Assembly (NCBI GenBank): GCA_034421295.1
Contig: DAOUKM010000004.1
Location: 12,399 to 76,398, forward strand
DNA length: 64,000 nt
Source of the DNA: Dehalococcoidia bacterium
GTDB taxonomy: Bacteria; Chloroflexota; Dehalococcoidia; Lucifugimonadales; UBA2962
Direction: 5' to 3'
The notes under the pieces were generated by a model, which was given only the letters and a program-made list of their open reading frames with translations, made no database searches and was not told the origin of the DNA. Numbering within the stretch: position 1 is the stretch's first letter; every line of letters starts with the position of its first letter. This document shows positions 59,218 to 64,000 of the stretch, piece after piece. The translations under genes and the position numbers were made by a program.

Positions 59218-60504
59218 TCAGGCGGGGGCTGCAAGCTGTCCGGTGCGGTAGACCCGCCGGAGCATGGGCTGTGATCCCGACAGTCCGATGACCACCGCAA
59301 CGAACATGACGCCGGTGACTATGAATATGGCCCATGCGCTGTACTGGTCGGCTAGGAATCCGTAGCCCAGGTTGGCAAAGGCCATGATGCCGCCGGCGTG
59401 CAGGACGTAGAGGCTCGATATCCTGCCCCGCAGCCGGTCGGGGGCGACCATCAGAACGAAGGCGTTGGATATGGCCATGAATGTGGCCTGGGTCGCACCC
59501 ATCAGGCCGGCGAACAGCGTCGCCGGGACGATGTGGCCGGATACGGCCAGTACGATCGGCGTCAGGCCGCTGGCGACGCCCGTCCAGAAGAGCAGCTGAC
59601 CCTTCATCCTCTCGCTCTGGACCCCGGCGACTATCAGGATTCCTATAGCCGATCCCAGTCCGAAGCCCATGATCAGATAGCCCAGGTACGAGCCGTCGGT
59701 CGCCCCCAGGCTCTGTGCTGAAAAGACGGGCATGATCGACTCGAACGACATCACAAGCGCGCAGTGGAAGGCCACCAGGAGTATGAAGATCGCGATGGTC
59801 TTGTGGGTGTAGACGTAGACCAGTCCCTCGATCATTCCGCTGAGCACGCCCGACCTGGGCGATCGCTCGCCCCGCGAGATCGTGCGGCAGCGTGCCGCGA
59901 ATATGATCGCCACGCCGGTCAGGACGGCGCTCAGGACCAGCACTCCCTCCGGTCCGATCCCTCCAACAGCCAGCAGCGGGGCGGCCACCAGCAGGCCGAA
60001 AAAGCGCGAGCCGTGGTGGGTCAGGCCGTTGAGCGTGATCGCGTTCAGGATATGGCGCTGCGGCACCTGGTTGGGGATGAGCGCCTGGATCCCCGGCTCC
60101 ATCGCAGAGCGCGAGCCACCACCGACGAACGCCGCAGCGGCCAGGTGCCACAGCTCCAGCGAGCCGGTGAGGGCGGCAATCGCGACGCCGACCGCGACCA
60201 GGGTGTTTACGACGGTCGACATCCACACCAGGGTGCGGCGCTCGACACGGTCGGCCAGCAGCCCACCTATCGGGGAGACGACCAGGAAGGGGATGAGCGC
60301 CGAGAAGGTGATGATGCCCACCCAGCCCGAGCCCTCCGAGCGCTCGTGCGCGATCCAAGAGGCCGCGACGATGAACGCCCACATCCCGCCGAAGGAGAAC
60401 ATGCCGGTCAGCCATATATTGCGAAAGTCCCTGTAGGACCTGAGCGAGGCGAAATGGGGGAAGGCGGCCACCCTGCCGAGGGCCGCATTTGCCCTTCTCA
60501 GCAC
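59218..60504 (-). CDS. MFS transporter
   Basis: A 428-aa protein with about 12 hydrophobic helices and an N-terminus typical of MFS (FRNIWLTGMFSFGGMW). The competing ORF 59207-60532 in another frame is Arg/Pro/Gly-rich junk. Confidence 0.8.
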   Translation of the reverse strand: MLRRANAALGRVAAFPHFASLRSYRDFRNIWLTGMFSFGGMWAFIVAASWIAHERSEGSGWVGIITFSALIPFLVVSPIGGLLADRVERRTLVWMSTVVNTLVAVGVAIAALTGSLELWHLAAAAFVGGGSRSAMEPGIQALIPNQVPQRHILNAITLNGLTHHGSRFFGLLVAAPLLAVGGIGPEGVLVLSAVLTGVAIIFAARCRTISRGERSPRSGVLSGMIEGLVYVYTHKTIAIFILLVAFHCALVMSFESIMPVFSAQSLGATDGSYLGYLIMGFGLGSAIGILIVAGVQSERMKGQLLFWTGVASGLTPIVLAVSGHIVPATLFAGLMGATQATFMAISNAFVLMVAPDRLRGRISSLYVLHAGGIMAFANLGYGFLADQYSAWAIFIVTGVMFVAVVIGLSGSQPMLRRVYRTGQLAAPA

Positions 60505-61547
60505 CGGCCGTCGTCCTCCGCATCGGGCCCATCGGGCACGGGCGCGTGGCGGGGGATGAGCTCCTCCGCCTTCATCTCATCCCAGAGCTGTGCGGGGATG
60601 GGGAACAGCGCCATGGCGACGTTTTCCTCGGCCTCGGACGGGTTGCGTGGTCCCGGAATGGTGGAAACCACCGCGGGGTGGGCCAGCCCGAACTGCAGGG
60701 CCGCCGCCTTCAGCGGCACGTCGTACCGGTCGCAGACCGCCTTGAGCCTGCTGGCCTGCTCGATCACCTGGGCGGGCGCCTTGGCGTACCAGTGCCTCGT
60801 TCCGACATCTGTCACAACGTCAGGGTCTGAGGCGAGTATGCCGCTGCTGTAGGGCCCGCCGTGGTACACGCCTATGTCTCGGTCGGCGCAAAAGGGGAGC
60901 AGCTCATCCAGGGCCGAGGTGTCGATCAGGTTGTACCTGAGCGCTATGAGCACGCAGTCGTAGTCGCCCCGCTCGGCAAGGTATATGAACTTTTCGCTGT
61001 CATTGAGACCCGCCCCGATCGCACCCACCACACCCTGGCTGCGAAGCTCGGCGACCGCGGGGTAGGCCTCGCCGGCGATCTGGTCCCTGAGCTCGTCCCA
61101 GTCCGACGGGGCGGGGTCATGAATGAGCAGGACATCGACCCGGTCAAGGCCCAGACGACCCAGGCTCTCCTCGAACGAGCGCATCACGCCGTCGCGGCTG
61201 TAGTCGAGCCTCTCGAAGGTCGGCGGCAGGTCGGAGAAGGCGCCGAACTCGGTGCCCTCGACCTCCGGGGCGTCTACCAGGAGCCGTCCCACCTTGGTCG
61301 AGATGACGAACGAGTCCCTGTCCAGTCCGGACAGCACCTCCCCCATGACCTGTTCGCTTCTTCCGTAGCCATACTGGGGGGCGGTATCGAAGAACCTTAT
61401 GCCGGCCTGGTGCCCGGCCAGGACCGTCGCGGCGGCCTGGTCGGCGTCGAACGAGGTGTACATACCGGCAAGGCCGGCTCCCCCCATCCCGAGCGTCGTC
61501 ACCGACAGCCCTGTCTCTCCGATACTCCGCGTCTGAAGCTGGCTCAT
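60498..61547 (-). CDS. aldo/keto reductase
   Basis: FFDTAPQYGYGRSEQVMG and the overall sequence match an AKR (beta/alpha)8 barrel. Length is 349 aa. Confidence 0.85.
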   Translation of the reverse strand: MSQLQTRSIGETGLSVTTLGMGGAGLAGMYTSFDADQAAATVLAGHQAGIRFFDTAPQYGYGRSEQVMGEVLSGLDRDSFVISTKVGRLLVDAPEVEGTEFGAFSDLPPTFERLDYSRDGVMRSFEESLGRLGLDRVDVLLIHDPAPSDWDELRDQIAGEAYPAVAELRSQGVVGAIGAGLNDSEKFIYLAERGDYDCVLIALRYNLIDTSALDELLPFCADRDIGVYHGGPYSSGILASDPDVVTDVGTRHWYAKAPAQVIEQASRLKAVCDRYDVPLKAAALQFGLAHPAVVSTIPGPRNPSEAEENVAMALFPIPAQLWDEMKAEELIPRHAPVPDGPDAEDDGRC

Positions 61548-61702
61548 GTTGTCAGGGGTCCTCGGGGGGGATCTTTGCGGCGACGGCGGCGCCCTGCGCC
61601 AGAGTATATTCGTTCCGAGCCGGTATCAGCGACCGGCAGAGCCGGCCGGGGATATGATTGGGAGGCGGACCCGCAGAAACTGCTGACGAAAGGAGTAGCC
61701 CG

Positions 61703-62041
61703 ATGTCACTAGCCGAGCAGAGCTGTGTGAGCCCCAGGCGGGGTGGTGCGGAAATCGGTGACGAGGAGATATCTGCCCTCGGAGCCCAGGTTCCCGGGTG
61801 GGAGGTCGTCGACCACGGCGGCATGCCGCATCTTCAGCGCACCTTTGCGTTCGATGACTTCGCCTCCGCCATCTCGTTCGCGGCCCGCATCGCCGCCGAG
61901 GCAGACGAGCAGGACCACCACCCGAGGCTCACCGTCGAATGGGGATCTGTCCTCATCGAGTGGTGGACACACGCGACCGGCGGCCTGCACAGAAACGACT
62001 TCATCATGGCCGCGAGGTCAGACCGGATATACGCGACCTGA
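61703..62041 (+). CDS. 4a-hydroxytetrahydrobiopterin dehydratase (pterin-4-alpha-carbinolamine dehydratase)
   Basis: F.F.DF..A..F...IA..AE..DHHP and W..V.I.W.TH signature (FAFDDFASAISFAARIAAEADEQDHHPRLTVEWGSVLIEWWTH). AAGGAG lies upstream of ATG 61703. Confidence 0.85.
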   Translation: MSLAEQSCVSPRRGGAEIGDEEISALGAQVPGWEVVDHGGMPHLQRTFAFDDFASAISFAARIAAEADEQDHHPRLTVEWGSVLIEWWTHATGGLHRNDFIMAARSDRIYAT

Positions 62042-62834
62042 CCGCATCGGGGCAGAGGGGGCCAGCTTCAGTCACGACAGCTGTGAAGAGCTCAAGCGGG
62101 ACCCTGTCCATACCCGGCTCCTCCTCGATGTCCCCGCGGGTCATCTTCACCTCCTCGCTCAGTGCGTAGACGGGGATCAGGCCCGCGGCCGCGGCAACCA
62201 GAGCCAGGCTCGGGCTGCCGTTCAGCAACTCCTCTGACGTAACCGAGTCGGCACCGATCACAACTGCCTGGCCCTCGGCCCAGGAACCCGGCAGCTCTAC
62301 ATCAACCCGGCACTCCACCCCGAGGGCACGGAGATCTCCGGCGAGCCTCAGGCCGTAGGCATCGGGAGAGGCATCGGGCTCGTAGACGACCGCGGTCACG
62401 CAGTTGCCGCGCGAGCGCGCCGCTCCCGCAAGCCGGGGAACGGCCGTACCGTAGCTGCAGGTGACCAGCGTCGCGTGATCCGGCAAAAGCGCTGCGGCCC
62501 GGGCGGCGACCGCCTCGGAGGCGCAGCGCAGGGCGGCGACATGGAGCTCAGACAGGGCCAGCGCCCGGGACGGGTCGGCCGAGGCCAGCTCGGCACCCAG
62601 CCTGCGAACCGCGTTACCCAGCCCCGCCATGGACGGCCGCGCCGAGGCGATGCCCTCGGCCATGGCATGGAGGGCGGCCTGCCTGCAGGTGTCTTCGGGC
62701 AGTCCGGCCGCCGCGCGGCCGAACAGGATAAGTGCCTCCGCCGTGATCCGGGCAGCGCCGTGCGAGGAGTCCTGCCTCAGGCGTCGGACGCCCGCCCCGA
62801 GAAGATCGGACCCCCGATGTTCTCCACCCCCCAT
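62004..62834 (-). CDS. eIF-2B alpha/beta/delta-family protein (sugar-phosphate isomerase-like, short form)
   Basis: Family-like segments LVTCSYG (Cys position) and VVIGADSVTSE (Asp position), with the C-terminus LFTAVVTEAGP. This 276-aa protein is shorter than the MtnA and R15P-isomerase proteins as I remember them. Confidence 0.6.
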   Translation of the reverse strand: MGGGEHRGSDLLGAGVRRLRQDSSHGAARITAEALILFGRAAAGLPEDTCRQAALHAMAEGIASARPSMAGLGNAVRRLGAELASADPSRALALSELHVAALRCASEAVAARAAALLPDHATLVTCSYGTAVPRLAGAARSRGNCVTAVVYEPDASPDAYGLRLAGDLRALGVECRVDVELPGSWAEGQAVVIGADSVTSEELLNGSPSLALVAAAAGLIPVYALSEEVKMTRGDIEEEPGMDRVPLELFTAVVTEAGPLCPDAVRSRISGLTSRP

Positions 62835-62859
62835 CGTCGGCGTCCGGCCTACCGACCGC

Positions 62860-63762
62860 TCAGGACAGCAGCTCTGCCAGCACCGCCATGCGGGTTACCA
62901 GGGCGTTCTCCGCCTGTCGGTAGTAGGCGAGGCGACGGTCTCGGGCCCTGACCGAGAAATACCCGCTCCTTTGCATGGGGTCCATTACCACCGCATCCGC
63001 CTTCAGGGATGCCATGAAAGTCTCGTCTATGACCAGTCCGGGGGTCCCCCTAGCGGCCAGCAACTGTGCGTGGGCGACCGTGCGAGGCGCATTCAGATAC
63101 ACCGCGTCCGCCGATGCCACATCAGCCACATCGTCCGCCCTCCTGAGGGAGACGCCCCTCTCCTCACAAAGCGCGGCCACCTCCGGGGACAGATCCCCGC
63201 TGAACGGTAGAAGGGTGACCGTAACGCCCCCGAACATGGACAGGCCGGTCAGCAGGGCGTTGACGTTCCGGTGCTCCAGCCTGCCGACTACCGCAACGTG
63301 GAGCCCATCGATGCGGCCGAGTTCCCTGCGCAGGGTGTAGAGGTCCGCCAGGGCCTGAGTGGGATGGTCGACCGCGCCTCCCCCGTTCACGACCGCCAGC
63401 ACGTCGGCGGCGGCGGCCTTGGCCATGACGCCCGCCTCGCTGCTGCGGATCACCACGGCGTCCATGCGAAGGCTGCGGAGTATGCTGACCACGTTGTCGA
63501 TGTGATCGGGGGTGGTCACCGGAAAGGACTGGGAGGCGTTTTCCGTCTGGTGGCACTGACCGCCCAGCAGCTCCATCGCCCGCTCGAAGGAGACGCGCGT
63601 GATGAAGCTGGGCTCATAGAACAGGCAATAGAGGGCCCTGCCGCCGAGCTCGGTGCCGGCCTCCCTGCGCTCGGCCAGTGAATCGCACCTGGGAAACAGT
63701 ACGCGCTCTATCCAGTCCCTATCCAGATCATGGGTGAAAATCAGGTTCTTGAGTGTTGCCAT
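62860..63762 (-). CDS. aspartate/ornithine carbamoyltransferase-fold protein with a degenerate carbamoyl-phosphate motif
   Basis: HPTQALADL, HVAVVG and the overall ATCase-like order are present. The STRTR motif reads SFITR (63595-63609). ATG 63762 is preferred because the ORF-track start at 63900 runs into the tRNA. Confidence 0.7.
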   Translation of the reverse strand: MATLKNLIFTHDLDRDWIERVLFPRCDSLAERREAGTELGGRALYCLFYEPSFITRVSFERAMELLGGQCHQTENASQSFPVTTPDHIDNVVSILRSLRMDAVVIRSSEAGVMAKAAAADVLAVVNGGGAVDHPTQALADLYTLRRELGRIDGLHVAVVGRLEHRNVNALLTGLSMFGGVTVTLLPFSGDLSPEVAALCEERGVSLRRADDVADVASADAVYLNAPRTVAHAQLLAARGTPGLVIDETFMASLKADAVVMDPMQRSGYFSVRARDRRLAYYRQAENALVTRMAVLAELLS

Positions 63763-63885
63763 TGAGCCGTCGAGTGTACCTTCCTGCGTTCGGGCTTGTA
63801 ACCTTGGCAGGCGGCCTGAGGCCGCCTGTCCACAGGTGTCCATGCTATAATCTTCCGGCCCGCAATGCTGAAGGCGGCACCCCTC

Positions 63886-63958
63886 GGGGATATAGCTCAA
63901 CTGGGAGAGCGCGGCGTTCGCAATGCCGAGGTTGGGGGTTCGAGTCCCCCTATCTCCA
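63886..63958 (+). tRNA. tRNA-Ala (anticodon CGC)
   Basis: Hand-folded cloverleaf. Acceptor stem GGGGATA pairs with TATCTCC and includes the G3:U70 Ala identity pair. D-arm GCTC/GAGC, anticodon loop TTCGCAA, T-arm GGGGG-TTCGAGT-CCCCC, discriminator A. CCA is not encoded. Confidence 0.9.
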
Positions 63959-64000
63959 CAATCACCACGTCCTGCACCCCCACGTCCACCGCCCTCTGCG

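Noticed and set aside
59207-60532. A 441-aa ORF overlapping the MFS gene on the same strand in another frame
   Set aside because: The product is extremely Arg/Pro/Gly-rich with no hydrophobic helices. The alternative frame (59218-60504) gives a coherent 12-helix MFS transporter.
63763-63900. Extension of the carbamoyltransferase-like ORF to the start at 63900
   Set aside because: It would run into the tRNA-Ala gene (63886-63958), and the added residues have no family resemblance.

Overview
This is a visibly GC-rich bacterial chromosomal segment, densely coding, with no transposase, integrase, phage gene or CRISPR array that I can see. Many six-frame ORFs are antisense or off-frame artefacts of the GC bias; I call about 50 CDS, one tRNA and a few regulatory elements.

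Content in order:
- HAD hydrolase, SAM methyltransferase and a Cys/Met PLP enzyme.
- An acoABC-type acetoin/2-oxoacid dehydrogenase operon whose E2 is a lipoyl plus alpha/beta-hydrolase protein, then an ornithine cyclodeaminase-family gene and an AlkD-like repair protein.
- A TRAP transporter, dctPQM, with an oversized lipoprotein DctP.
- An LVIVD-repeat lipoprotein and an orphan LivK-like binding protein.
- A poorly coding stretch containing one hypothetical lipoprotein.
- A co-directional quartet: cytoplasmic class A beta-lactamase fold, DUF1214-like protein, sulfotransferase and SDR.
- A minus-strand run: family-5 binding lipoprotein, CocE/NonD hydrolase, pentapeptide-repeat lipoprotein, TPR lipoprotein and class C beta-lactamase-fold hydrolase.
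- A membrane protein plus winged-helix regulator pair preceded by a palindrome, then TauE/SafE and MOSC genes.
- ureABC with no accessory genes, followed by a D-aminoacylase-family amidohydrolase, then a VOC protein.
- A transglutaminase gene, then a MoxR / DUF58 / membrane transglutaminase / Ogt operon in which the membrane transglutaminase carries Ser at the catalytic Cys position.
- DUF2007 and dnaE, then groES-groEL with a promoter and a CIRCE operator.
- A DPPR-synthase-like UbiA prenyltransferase translationally coupled to a membrane HdrD/DsrMK-like Fe-S protein.
- Aquaporin, galU, MFS transporter, aldo/keto reductase and pterin carbinolamine dehydratase.
- An eIF-2B-family isomerase-like gene paired with a carbamoyltransferase-fold gene whose STRTR motif is degenerate, then tRNA-Ala(CGC).

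Lipoprotein-anchored binding proteins with long repeat linkers suggest a monoderm organism such as Chloroflexota or Actinomycetota. That taxonomy is inference only.

I found no clear-cut novel system. The candidates I consider most worth follow-up are the carbamoyltransferase-like/eIF-2B-like pair, the sulfotransferase quartet, the UbiA/Fe-S coupled pair, the Ser-variant transglutaminase operon, the exported repeat-scaffold cluster and the accessory-less urease.
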